NCBI GenBank assembly: GCA_965222375.1 | Contig: CBDCTZ010000015.1 | Location: 736,001-800,000 of the forward strand | Direction: 5' to 3' | Source of the DNA: Polyangiaceae bacterium | Lineage (GTDB): Bacteria > Myxococcota_A > Polyangia > Polyangiales > Polyangiaceae | Length of the DNA: 64,000 nt | In this document: piece after piece, positions 51,037 to 61,050 of the stretch | Position numbering within the stretch: the first letter of the stretch is position 1 | How the letters are laid out: each line of letters begins with the position of its first letter | The notes under the pieces: generated by a model | What the model saw: only the letters and a program-made list of their open reading frames with translations | What the model was told of the DNA's origin: nothing | The model's database searches: none | Program-made: the position numbers and the translations under genes

Positions 51037-51684
51037 TCAGGGGGACTTATTGCAGCTCTCAAGGCATGCGTTGTAGCCAGCGCAAGAGCCACCGCAGGTT
51101 TGTTGAAAGCAACCCAGAAAGGCCTGGTTCGTACCCAAACAATCGGAGCATTCCTGGTCTATGTTGCCGGTCCCAAGACAGAAGGCGCCACATGGGACCG
51201 GGCAGTGTTGTGGCTGACAAGCACAGCCGAAAGCAACCTGACGGGACTCTTGCCACCCGTCCGGGTGGTTGTTCTCACAGCAACCGTCACAGTTCGGCTC
51301 GCTGGCGCACTTGACAACCCCTGGAGCTCCACCAGATGAAGAGCTGTCGATGCCGCTCGCATCACCCGAATCGAAGCCGCCGATGCCCACGACACTGCCC
51401 CCCGAACCACCATCGCCACCGACGCCGGCGTCAGAGCAGGCGGCGAGGCAGCTATCGAAGGCCTTGGCTGCGGCGCACTCGCAGAAGTTCGTGCAGCCAG
51501 TGCAGCCCGAGCAATCTTTGCCTTTCGCACACAGACCGCCGCTCCCCGCTGCGGCGCCGGTGCCGGCGCCTGCGTCGCTGACAGCGTTGTCCTTCAGCGC
51601 GTCCAAGTCGTGGATCACGCTGCAGCCAACGGCTGCTGCGACGAGCAATCCACCGAGATCCCGAACCCAATCCACGTCGTTCAC
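51037..51684 (-). CDS. Cys/Gly-rich lipoprotein
   Basis: LLVAAAVGC lipobox; Cys-rich modules; start uncertain. Confidence 0.7.
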   Translation of the reverse strand: MNDVDWVRDLGGLLVAAAVGCSVIHDLDALKDNAVSDAGAGTGAAAGSGGLCAKGKDCSGCTGCTNFCECAAAKAFDSCLAACSDAGVGGDGGSGGSVVGIGGFDSGDASGIDSSSSGGAPGVVKCASEPNCDGCCENNHPDGWQESRQVAFGCACQPQHCPVPCGAFCLGTGNIDQECSDCLGTNQAFLGCFQQTCGGSCAGYNACLESCNKSP

Positions 51685-52370
51685 GACACCAGGTGAAGAA
51701 CGCCGTGTGACGGATTCAAAGCCCGAAAGCACTTGGCAAAGTGAGCTGAAAACGCAGTTACGCTGGCGGAAGCTCCCAAGGGCAGAACGGCTGGCAGCAC
51801 CTTGACTATCATGTGCACTCCTTATTAGGGGCAATGCGCTCCAGCGCTACCGCCAACGCCACCGGCCGATATGCCGCCAGTGCCAGAGACAAGCCCCGGT
51901 GGTGGATCTTCCGAACCGCAGGCGGCGCACAGGCCCATTGCAGGGAACGCCAGACGGGAGCCAACTGGACGAAGCACGGCTTGGAGCGGAGCAATCGCCG
52001 TGCCGGCTCCGGCACCCCCAGACTTGCTCGATCGAGCCGCGAGCACTGGTGCACGCAGGCCGCGATGTGCGGACTCCATGCACCAGGACGTCGGTTTCTG
52101 CAGCCCGGCCCCCGTGGTACTGCCTGGCAGATTATCTTCGGTCTGCCTGCCGAAGCTTGCCGACGCAAGACCGTACTACATCAAAGGGCGACCCCGCGCG
52201 TGGTCGAGGTGATGAGAACGCGCTACCAGCTCTTCGTTGTCCGGGCGCGGGGCCGCGGTCATCGCTCGCCTCGCGCGAATCGTGGTGGTTGGCGACGGCG
52301 GCACTACGACGCTCGCGACAAGCCGAGTGGCCCTACGGCGATAGTAGGAGCTGTTGCTGCCGCGCCTCCC

Positions 52371-54182
52371 TTAGAAAGCACAGGCCATTTCCTTCACACT
52401 TCCGCTGCCGTCATGTCCCGCAAGCTGCCATTCATTCCAAGTCAGTAGCCCGGAGGAACCGTCCCGCCAAAAAGCCGTGGCCGGCGCGACGATGTAGTCG
52501 TTGGCCAGGAATTGGTTGTTCCGGCTCGCCAAAGACGCGCCTAGACCACCCGAGGTGCCACTGCACATCTGGATGGTGTTGTTACTGACCGCGTTGTTCT
52601 TCATTGCGCCGGTTACGTCGACGTCATTCGCTGTGTTCTGACAGGTGACTTGCTGCATATTGCCGTGAGGACCCCAGCGTAAACGAATGCCTCCACTTCG
52701 ATTGTCGTGCACGGAGTTCTTGGAAAACGTGGCATCACTGCTGTTGTTGACCCAGATGCCCGACGCCTCCAAAGGCCCGAAATCCGGGGCCTTGATTGTG
52801 GCCAGGCCATTGTGATCGAACTCGCCGCCGGTCACCGTAGTGCCGCAGCTGATTTCGTCGAAATAGCCGGCTGCCTCGTTGTGATGGAAGCGGCCACCTG
52901 TCACAACCGCCCCCCGATTGTTGATATCCGTCCAGAACCCATAGCCGACGTTGTGATGACTGTGGAGGTTGATCACCCTGAGCCCTTCCGTCCGAATGAA
53001 CTTGGCAGCGCCTGCGTCCCAGTAGCCGGCACAGCTGCCATTCTTCATCACGCGGAAGTTCCCCAGGTTGTTCCAGCTCAGCTCAGAATCCTCTAGCACA
53101 AACCACGACGCGTCGGCGCCAGCGATACCGTACTTGCCATTCTGCGTAACCAATGTGCGCCGTACCCGCGCAGGCTTCGTTGGGGAACCTGGACCGGCGG
53201 TCAGCCCGTTGAGATGGGCGCCGCGAAGTGTGCAGTCTTCGATGGTCCAGCTCGTACCCATGATGACATTGCGCAGCTGCGCTTGCTCTACGGTCAAATT
53301 CTGCAGCGTCACGTCTTTCACCGCTACGCCGTTGGGCCTGCCGTTGATGATATGGCGCCCCACGGCGAGCTCCAATGTGTGGCCGGTGGGGTCGAGGCTG
53401 ATGTAGATCGTATCGTTGTCGTAGTCGAAGAAGAAGCGTCCAACCTCTACAGGCGTTTTCCGCTGCCCAACCGGTGGGGACTCAAGGCCACGAACCTGCG
53501 CTACACTTTCGACGCGGAGCATCCGCTGCCCATCGAAGAACACTTGATCGCTGTGTGAAGACCACGAGTAGCACAACGTCTGACCGCCGATGGTAACCTT
53601 CGGTCCCTCCTGTGCGGCAAGCGGTCCTGTGTAGCCCCAGACGCCACCGCCGGGGACTGGCTTCCACGACGGTAGCGGTTGGGCCCCGCTGATCCGCGCA
53701 TCGCCGACGCCCAGCCAACGCTGGCCGGACTTGGGCGTTAGCGGCTGAGCTACGCGGTGACGTCCGTAGACACACACCGTGGCACCCGCAGGTGCTTGGT
53801 CCACAAGCGCCTGCAGATCCACACCGGGCTTTGCGACGATCCCCTGCGGTGGACAGCTGTAGCATTCCTTGTTGGCGCCGGGGTCTGGGCTACACTCTCC
53901 GCCGCCTCCGCTGCCTCCGCTGCCTCCGCTGCCTCCGCTGCCTCCGCTGCCCGCCTTACCTGCGTTCCCACCTTGACCTCCCCCGGCGCTGCCGCCCGCC
54001 CCGCTGTAGCCGCCGGCCGCGGCTTCCCCGCCGGCGTCATGGTCCATGGACGGCGTTCCGGTCCCTCCGCTTGGTGGCGCGCACGCAACAATGACGCTAG
54101 TCACAGCTATCGCAAGGCTTCGTACGCTGGTGGGTCGTGTGACAGTCGGCACAGATCGCTCGCGATGCAAAGTGCGATCCAT
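52371..54182 (-). CDS. Right-handed parallel beta-helix lipoprotein
   Basis: Lipobox IVAC; LQALVDQAPAG; repeated HHN..G.W.D beta-helix motifs; start uncertain. Confidence 0.82.
   Translation of the reverse strand: MDRTLHRERSVPTVTRPTSVRSLAIAVTSVIVACAPPSGGTGTPSMDHDAGGEAAAGGYSGAGGSAGGGQGGNAGKAGSGGSGGSGGSGGSGGGGECSPDPGANKECYSCPPQGIVAKPGVDLQALVDQAPAGATVCVYGRHRVAQPLTPKSGQRWLGVGDARISGAQPLPSWKPVPGGGVWGYTGPLAAQEGPKVTIGGQTLCYSWSSHSDQVFFDGQRMLRVESVAQVRGLESPPVGQRKTPVEVGRFFFDYDNDTIYISLDPTGHTLELAVGRHIINGRPNGVAVKDVTLQNLTVEQAQLRNVIMGTSWTIEDCTLRGAHLNGLTAGPGSPTKPARVRRTLVTQNGKYGIAGADASWFVLEDSELSWNNLGNFRVMKNGSCAGYWDAGAAKFIRTEGLRVINLHSHHNVGYGFWTDINNRGAVVTGGRFHHNEAAGYFDEISCGTTVTGGEFDHNGLATIKAPDFGPLEASGIWVNNSSDATFSKNSVHDNRSGGIRLRWGPHGNMQQVTCQNTANDVDVTGAMKNNAVSNNTIQMCSGTSGGLGASLASRNNQFLANDYIVAPATAFWRDGSSGLLTWNEWQLAGHDGSGSVKEMACAF
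53904..53948. repeat. In-frame 9-bp tandem repeat x5 (Gly-Gly-Ser linker)
   Basis: gcctccgct x5. Confidence 0.9.
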
Positions 54183-54669
54183 CGGTGAGGGTGACAGGCC
54201 CTGGTTCGGCTGCGTCAGCATGGCATATCGTTGGAATGCGCATCTCGGTAGTGGCGGCCGCTTCGCCAGGCACTGGACAACAGCCGAGGGCGTTGCTGCA
54301 CCCATGCAGCAACTGGCGCACCAACGTGGCATCAGCTTGCGTCTCGCAGCGCCGGCCTCAGGCGAGCCGTCTTATGGCGGGCATCGCCCGCGCTGCGCGG
54401 AGGCACGCCACGAGTCCTGACGCCAATCTCCAGTCAACCCCATGCTGGATTGAACCCAAGCGGTCGTCGCTGTGGAGCAGCTCGCAAAAAAGAGCGCCCG
54501 CGCACACCCACCCAAGTGGGACTCGTCAGGTCCGGTCGAGGACGCGAGTGCGGAAGCGATGTTTCGTCTCTGGCATCTAACACCGATTTCGCCTACCCTC
54601 CCGCGCTGGTATGCTTTCTGCTTGACGCGCTCATGCCGGGACGCAACAGCCCGCTCACAGGTGCCAGCC

Positions 54670-56091
54670 ATGACTCATGCAGCTTTCGAACCAAAACCCA
54701 ATGTCGATTCGCCCAGCAACATCGAGGAGCGTCCCGTGACCAGGCGCACCCAAGCAAGCCGGCTGGCCGGCCGCCGAAATGCACCTGTCTTGTTGGCTTT
54801 GAGCATGGCCCTCGCCTGCGGCAGTGAGAGTTCGGGCGGAGCCGGTCCGGGCTCGGCAGGGACGTCGGGCATGGGGGGGGCCGGCGGAGCTCTATCCAGC
54901 GTGTGCACGACACCGGCACCGAAGTGGCCCGACCCCGTGGAGCTTTCGCCGCTGGCTTGGGGTCAAGACCCGTCCCTCACGGACGAGGCGATCTGTGCGC
55001 TCCGAGCGCTGGACGCCGAAGTCGAGAAGTCCAGATTGCTCTGTTCTTCGGAAAATGACCATGGAGTGGCGGAGTCTTCGCGATGGCACGCGCTGATCGC
55101 AAGATATGCTGTGCTCCAGCAAGGAGTTCGCGTCATCGCTCTGGAGGCGCCCGGAGCGATGGTCTCCCACTGGGATCGCTATCTACAGACCGGCGATCCC
55201 TTCGACCTCTCCAAGGGGTTCCAGGACACTCAGGGTTCGCTGGGGAACATCGTCGAACAGGAGCGGTTCATCGACGAGCTTCGAGCGGTGAACGCGGAGT
55301 TGCCGGCAGGCGAGAGCCTTCGCTTGGTCGGCTTCGACATCGCTGTGCAGCCGTTTCTGACGCGTGCCGCCCTGCTCGAATTCGTTGGAATCGTGGAGCC
55401 GAATGAGCTCTCTTCCTGGACGACGTCGCTCACGACCAGCGATTGGCCCGCAGGCGCCAGCGCGGCCGCGGCTCTACATACTCAGGTCGAGGACAAGAAA
55501 GGCGCCTATGTGAGTGCCACGGATGCCGAGACCTGGAAGCTGGCAAGGCGCAATGCTGCGAACCTGCGAGACGGCTTCCGGTTCATCGAGCTCTACACAC
55601 AAGGCAACTTCTGGGTGGGCAATGCGACGTATCGCGAGCCTGGGATGATTCGCAACGTCGAGGAGCTGCTCGCAGACCTGCCAGAGGGGCAGCGCCTGCT
55701 GCTCATCGCGCACAACCGGCACTGTGGGCGCTCCGAGTCCGCCGGAACGACCGCATCGGGACAGGACTCACCCGCGCTCGGGACCCATCTCGCGACCTCG
55801 GCAAAGTGGGGAGGGGAGCGCTACTTGGTGATCGGGCAAATGTACGAGCGTGGGGCCCGCCGGGTGCCGCAAACGCTCGTCACTGAGAGTTTCCAGGCGG
55901 CTCCCGGCACACACGAGGCATTCATCGGCTCCATCACGAGCGCCAACGGGCTGCTGGTTGGCGGGGGCGCGGGATTTGGCGATCTGGACAAGCAGAAACC
56001 GATGTTCCAATGGCCCGGCGGCACGGTGCCCGAGCAGCAGTTCGACGCCATGATCTGGCTGCGCGAGGTTCAGGCCACGCAGATAAGGTAG
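54670..56091 (+). CDS. Erythromycin esterase (Ere)-family lipoprotein
   Basis: SENDHG, IALEA, VGFD, AHNRH and QFDAMIW; lipobox ALAC. Confidence 0.75.
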   Translation: MTHAAFEPKPNVDSPSNIEERPVTRRTQASRLAGRRNAPVLLALSMALACGSESSGGAGPGSAGTSGMGGAGGALSSVCTTPAPKWPDPVELSPLAWGQDPSLTDEAICALRALDAEVEKSRLLCSSENDHGVAESSRWHALIARYAVLQQGVRVIALEAPGAMVSHWDRYLQTGDPFDLSKGFQDTQGSLGNIVEQERFIDELRAVNAELPAGESLRLVGFDIAVQPFLTRAALLEFVGIVEPNELSSWTTSLTTSDWPAGASAAAALHTQVEDKKGAYVSATDAETWKLARRNAANLRDGFRFIELYTQGNFWVGNATYREPGMIRNVEELLADLPEGQRLLLIAHNRHCGRSESAGTTASGQDSPALGTHLATSAKWGGERYLVIGQMYERGARRVPQTLVTESFQAAPGTHEAFIGSITSANGLLVGGGAGFGDLDKQKPMFQWPGGTVPEQQFDAMIWLREVQATQIR

Positions 56092-56205
56092 CGGGCGCGT
56101 GTGCGGAAACTAACGTTGGGTGCGGCTTGGAGCGCATCAGAACGCGTTGGATCGCGGCATCGGCGGACGACAATGGCAGGCACGGAATTTGCTGGGGATC
56201 GGATC

Positions 56206-57312
56206 ATGGCGCCAATGCATCGTACACCGCTCTTGTTGATAGTCATTTCCTCGTTCTTGGCGGGTTGTTCCAGCTCAAGCCCTGACGCACTCGGTCAGCA
56301 TTCTCAGTCCATCATCTCTGGCAGTGCGGACACGGAATACTCAGGCGTGGTGGCTGCTGGCCACGCGGGCATGTTCTGTTCGGGATTCTTGATCACGCCT
56401 GATCTCGTGGTGACCGGCCACCACTGCGTCGTCGCCCCACAATCGTTACCGTCGACGGCATGTACGGCCGCGGCAGTGATGCCACCTCCGCTGCCAGCGG
56501 CCCAGCTTTTCGCAGTGACTGGGGCGGATATTTCGAAATCGCCCGGTTTCATCTACGCAAGCGACGTCCACGTAGTTCCGGATTTCGCGACCAAGACGTT
56601 GTGTGGCAATGATCTCGCCGTCATTCAGCTGGCAGATCCCGTGGCGAATGCAGCCACCCTCGAGCTCCGCTTGGATCCGCCTCCCGCCCTGGACGAAGTC
56701 CTGACGGTCGTCGGATACGGGTTTACTGATCCAACGAACACCAATTCCCAAGGCATCCGAACACGCTTCGACGGTGCGCGAGTGGACCACGTCGGCGCCG
56801 AGGAACTGGCAGGGCTACCCTACATGGTCGAAGGCGAGTTTTCCGTCGACACGGGACCCTGCGCCGGTGATTCCGGCGCACCCGCTATCGACTCCGAGGG
56901 CAAGGTCGTCGGAGTCATGTCTCGGGGCAATCAGAGCACCTGCAACCACATGGTCTACGAACGCTTGGACCCTCATGCGGAGTGGCTCAAGAAGCTCGCG
57001 CGCGCGAGCGCCGAGCGTCTCTCCATCGCGCCACCCAGCTGGGCCGCAGCGACCATAGCGCCCGATGCCGGTAGCTCCGCACCCGACGGTGGCGACGCTG
57101 GAACTCCATCGCCCCCAGCCAAGGGAACAACCAGTGACGATGGCTGCGCGATGGGCCCACTCAACACATCGTCCCGCAGTTCCTGGCACATGCTCGGCTG
57201 CTGGACCCTACTCGGCATCGTAGCACTCAGACGCAAAGGACGACTCGGGCGCGCGGTGCGCACCATGTGTTTGCCCTGCGCAACAAAGGGGCGCCGCCCC
57301 TCTCCGTCATAG
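56206..57312 (+). CDS. Trypsin-like S1 serine protease, lipoprotein with MYXO-CTERM-like tail
   Basis: TGHHC, NDLAV and GDSGAP triad motifs; lipobox LAGC; sigma54 motif at 56178-56193. Confidence 0.9.
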   Translation: MAPMHRTPLLLIVISSFLAGCSSSSPDALGQHSQSIISGSADTEYSGVVAAGHAGMFCSGFLITPDLVVTGHHCVVAPQSLPSTACTAAAVMPPPLPAAQLFAVTGADISKSPGFIYASDVHVVPDFATKTLCGNDLAVIQLADPVANAATLELRLDPPPALDEVLTVVGYGFTDPTNTNSQGIRTRFDGARVDHVGAEELAGLPYMVEGEFSVDTGPCAGDSGAPAIDSEGKVVGVMSRGNQSTCNHMVYERLDPHAEWLKKLARASAERLSIAPPSWAAATIAPDAGSSAPDGGDAGTPSPPAKGTTSDDGCAMGPLNTSSRSSWHMLGCWTLLGIVALRRKGRLGRAVRTMCLPCATKGRRPSPS

Positions 57313-57346
57313 CGACTCGAGAGGTCATCGCAGCGGAGCGCGACTG

Positions 57347-58333
57347 CTAGAACCGCCCGCGCACGCCCACCCAACGGGGGCTCGTCACCAGAGCGACCTC
57401 CGAATCCTCGCGGTGGGTGAGAAAGATCGTCGCCCCCACACCCAACAACGCGACTCCCAGTCCCGCCGTCGCAAGCCCCGCGAACTTACGGCTGCGTGCC
57501 CCGTTGCCCCGGTCTACGAGTTCCGAAGTTGGACACGAATCGCCTGGGCACGCTCCTGCGACATCCTCTTCTTCGGCCCGACCATCCACAAACAGATATG
57601 AGCCGACACCGATGGCCACGACACCCGTGCCCGCCGCGGCCAAGCCAATGAGCCGCATGCGTTCGGAGGGATCTGCGCCGTCTGCCGCAGGCGGCGTGTG
57701 CCCTGCGCCTGACGAGGGCCGATTCGCCCTAGGACTGGCCAGCTGGAGCGATACTTCGCGAATCTGGCCGTCCTGAATCGGAAACCGCGCGCTCCCAAGA
57801 ATTACGCCATCGCGCAGGAAGCGCAGCCGGTGTTCGCCGGAATTCACCGGGAGGGGAGTACCCAGACTCTCCAAGGGCAGGACGATGCCGTCCAGAGTGA
57901 GCACGCCGCCCTTCGGCGCATTGTCGATTCGCACGACCACGCGTGCCAGTTTGGGTTCGATGGCCGCCAAGTGTGCTTTGGCGTATTCGAGGCGATCAGC
58001 ATCGCCGGCGCGCTTTGACTCATCACGCAGCTTCACGAAGCTCGCGTAGGCGCTAGCCATCTTGCCGAGTTTCTCTTGCGCCAAGGCAAGCGCCTGAAGG
58101 GTCCCGCGAGTCGGCTCGAGTTGGTAGCTTGGACGTAACTTCTTGATCGCCGCGGCGTACTTTCCCGCCTTGCCCAGATCCTTTCCTTCATCGAATAGGG
58201 CTTGTGCAACAGCAGAGCGATTGCTTCCAGCCGGGGGCGCCTCGTCTGCGCGGGAGGCGCCGGGGTACGCGAGAGAGAGGGCGAGGACAAGCCCGAGCCC
58301 AAGCGAGCCCTGTGAAACGCGGAGATGATTCAT
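57347..58333 (-). CDS. TPR plus PEGA-like membrane protein
   Basis: AQALFDEG...SYQLEPTRGT; clear paralog of 10323-11267; ATGA overlap with the upstream gene. Confidence 0.82.
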   Translation of the reverse strand: MNHLRVSQGSLGLGLVLALSLAYPGASRADEAPPAGSNRSAVAQALFDEGKDLGKAGKYAAAIKKLRPSYQLEPTRGTLQALALAQEKLGKMASAYASFVKLRDESKRAGDADRLEYAKAHLAAIEPKLARVVVRIDNAPKGGVLTLDGIVLPLESLGTPLPVNSGEHRLRFLRDGVILGSARFPIQDGQIREVSLQLASPRANRPSSGAGHTPPAADGADPSERMRLIGLAAAGTGVVAIGVGSYLFVDGRAEEEDVAGACPGDSCPTSELVDRGNGARSRKFAGLATAGLGVALLGVGATIFLTHREDSEVALVTSPRWVGVRGRF

Positions 58334-59700
58334 GGCAGGCAGCAGATGGTTGTAGGCGACGTCCCAGATACTTGCCCTGCAACCTGCTCGCTCGGGTTGC
58401 AGCTTCCGCCCTGAACCCCCGTCACGTTGTACTTGATGCCACGCAATGCGGGCTGGATGGCGATGCAGGCGAGCGACAATGACCATGGGTTTCCAGCCTT
58501 TGGGAGGGTGCAGGCATCGTCGGAAAACACGCTGAAGTCCCCGGTGCAAGCCTGCCCGGTTGCGTTGCCACACTTGCAGGTGCACTGACGGCCGTCGTTG
58601 AAGCCGTCGTAGACTAGGTTCTTCTGGGTGAAGGGGCTGGGGCAAATCTGAGAGCCGGTTCGAAAAACGCACGCCTTGGCCCCAAAGCCGGTCTTTGGCT
58701 TCGGCCAACACTGCTTGCTGCCCGTGCATCCGGCACCCAGCTTCACCCCGCAAGCCCGAGCGGCCGAACCGAAGCTCGGGGGGGTCGGCGTTGTTTTCGT
58801 GCCGCTCGGCGTGCACTTTCCACCCTGCACGCTCAATGTGGCCGGAACGACCGACCAGGGTGGATCGCCGTTGATCAGGGGCGGATTCGTGCATTTGTTG
58901 TTCACTGGTGTGAACATCTTGGTTCCGGCACTGCCGATGCAATCACCGTCATCGCGTGCCCGCGCCTGACCGATCGCACAGCTTCCGCCACTCGGTTTGC
59001 CGCACTTGCAGCCACAATCGATGCTGCCTGGTTTCAAACCAGCGCTTCCTGCAACCGCAGGGCTGACGCCTCCTTGACAACTGGGCTGAGGGTTGCCGGA
59101 CGGGCCTTGGTAGAACCACACGGGGCCGACCCAGTTCGTCGGCGCCGCCGGAACACAGGCGTGAGTCGTGCACTCCGAGTCCGCACAATCGACTAGCTTG
59201 TCCCCATCGTCGTCCTTGCCATTGTCGCAGATCTCACCACTGCCACCGCCAGTCCCTCCGCCACCGGCGGCTCCGCCGCTGCCAGCAACACTCCCTGTTC
59301 CAGAGGTGCCACCCGTTTGCACCACGCCCCCGGTGCCGCCCGTCTGCACCACGCCCCCGGTACCGCCCGTTTGCACCACGCCGCCCATCCCCCCGGACTC
59401 GCCTGCCCCACCTCCGGTGCCGCCACTGCCTGCGCCGCCGACTGAACAGTACGTCACATAGTCGCCGCAACAATCCCCCCTGTTGCTGCATTCGTCATCA
59501 CAGAAACACGTGGGCTTTCCCGGGACCGGACCCTGTTGGCCGCAAGCGAGTTCGCAAGTGGAGGACGCGGCGGCGTCGCCAGTTTCGTCCAAAGAAAACC
59601 GTGAGGCGCAGGACAGCACCGACAACGCTGCCATGGCTAACCAAGCTCTTCTCCAGGTTCGCACGCCGCTCATCCAATCAAATAGAGTAGCATGATTCAC
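58330..59700 (-). CDS. Cys-rich lipoprotein with somatomedin-B-like domain
   Basis: Lipobox VLSC; CFCDDECSNRGDCCGDY; EICDNGKDDDGD; 27-bp repeat x3 (GGVVQTGGT) at ~59308-59388. Confidence 0.85.
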   Translation of the reverse strand: MNHATLFDWMSGVRTWRRAWLAMAALSVLSCASRFSLDETGDAAASSTCELACGQQGPVPGKPTCFCDDECSNRGDCCGDYVTYCSVGGAGSGGTGGGAGESGGMGGVVQTGGTGGVVQTGGTGGVVQTGGTSGTGSVAGSGGAAGGGGTGGGSGEICDNGKDDDGDKLVDCADSECTTHACVPAAPTNWVGPVWFYQGPSGNPQPSCQGGVSPAVAGSAGLKPGSIDCGCKCGKPSGGSCAIGQARARDDGDCIGSAGTKMFTPVNNKCTNPPLINGDPPWSVVPATLSVQGGKCTPSGTKTTPTPPSFGSAARACGVKLGAGCTGSKQCWPKPKTGFGAKACVFRTGSQICPSPFTQKNLVYDGFNDGRQCTCKCGNATGQACTGDFSVFSDDACTLPKAGNPWSLSLACIAIQPALRGIKYNVTGVQGGSCNPSEQVAGQVSGTSPTTICCLP

Positions 59701-59713
59701 CCTGCAATCACCC

Positions 59714-61039
59714 CTAAGACCTGGGGCGCAATCCAAATTTCGCCAGCAAGCGACCTAGGTGCGTGCGGTCCAACCCCGCGATTCGGGCAGCGGCGGACTG
59801 ATTGCCACCCGTTTGCTTCATGAGCTCCACGAGGTAGTGCCGAGTGAACACGTCGACGATGAGCTCTTTCTGTGCGGCGTAGCTGCTGCTCGTGTCCACG
59901 GCAGCAGCAAGCGCCAGATCCAGCACCTGAGCCTGGGAGCGGTTCTTGCGCGGCAAGACCCCAAGAGCAGCGTAGCCCTGAACGACATTTCGCAGTTCTC
60001 GCACGTTGCCTGGATACTCACGACGCTCCAGCTCCCCCAGGATCTCCGCTGGCAGAGCATCCAGCTCGAAGTCCCTCGCAAACTTCTGGGCGAGACGGGG
60101 GACGTCCTGTCGACGTTCCGCGAGGGCGGGCACTTCCAACCGTACGACCGCCAGTCGATAGAAGAGATCCTCACGGAAGCCGCCAGCGGCCACCTCGACC
60201 TCCAGGTCCCGATTGGTCGCAGCAATGATCCGAGCGTCCGTGGGCAGGTCTTGCTCACCACCCACGGGTCTGAACACACGGCTCTCCAGGACACGCAACA
60301 GGGCGGGCTGGAGCTCCAATGGGAGCTCGGCAATTTCGTCCAGGAAGAGCGTGCCGGAACGGGCGCGCTCGAAAGCTCCCTTTCTTGACTCATAGGCGCC
60401 CGTGAACGCGCCTCGTTTGTGTCCGAACAGCTCCGTGCCGATCAGGTCCTTGGGGATGGCGCCGCAATTCACCGTATCCAGCGGCCCGGAAGCGCGACTC
60501 GACCCAGCGTGAATGGCCTCGGCAACAAGCTGTTTGCCAACGCCAGACTCGCCTTCAATGAGCACGGTTGCAAGAGAACCTTCCAATCGGGAAAGCAATG
60601 CGAACAACCGCTTCATTGCCGGGGCAGTCCCAAGCATGTTGTGGTACTCGTCCTCCTCGTAGTGCAGCTCATTCGCTAGAACGGCGTCGTCCAGATGCAG
60701 GTCGACGGTGAGCCCTTCACCACCGAGCATGAGTTGCGCGCCAATATTGAGCACGATGCGTTCCACCCGCTGTCCCAGGTAGAAGGTGCCGTTGCGGCTA
60801 TCGAGGTCTCGAACAAGCACTCCCTCCGGAACGAGGGAAAGCTCCACGTGACGGCGCGAGACGGTCCTGTCCGACACGACCAGATCGCAGTCTGACCCTG
60901 TACCAATGACGGAAGGCGCCGTAGTCAAGCGAAGGCTGCCCGCACTACCGTCCGGGCCTCGCAAGCGGACAAAAGCCACCAGCGGCCCCGGACGTTTCTC
61001 TTGCTTGACCCGCCGGGTCCCGTCGTCCGTGTCACCCAT
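59714..61039 (-). CDS. FHA-domain sigma54-dependent enhancer-binding protein
   Basis: VSRRH..DLDSRNGT (FHA); GESGVGK, GAFTGA, LFLDEI and PGNVREL; C-terminal HTH. Confidence 0.95.
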   Translation of the reverse strand: MGDTDDGTRRVKQEKRPGPLVAFVRLRGPDGSAGSLRLTTAPSVIGTGSDCDLVVSDRTVSRRHVELSLVPEGVLVRDLDSRNGTFYLGQRVERIVLNIGAQLMLGGEGLTVDLHLDDAVLANELHYEEDEYHNMLGTAPAMKRLFALLSRLEGSLATVLIEGESGVGKQLVAEAIHAGSSRASGPLDTVNCGAIPKDLIGTELFGHKRGAFTGAYESRKGAFERARSGTLFLDEIAELPLELQPALLRVLESRVFRPVGGEQDLPTDARIIAATNRDLEVEVAAGGFREDLFYRLAVVRLEVPALAERRQDVPRLAQKFARDFELDALPAEILGELERREYPGNVRELRNVVQGYAALGVLPRKNRSQAQVLDLALAAAVDTSSSYAAQKELIVDVFTRHYLVELMKQTGGNQSAAARIAGLDRTHLGRLLAKFGLRPRS

Positions 61040-61050
61040 GTTGGCAGGGT

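Noticed and set aside
58334..58942. N-terminal extension of the 531-aa ORF
   Set aside because: Overlaps the upstream lipoprotein gene in another frame; the real start is at the ATGA overlap (58333)
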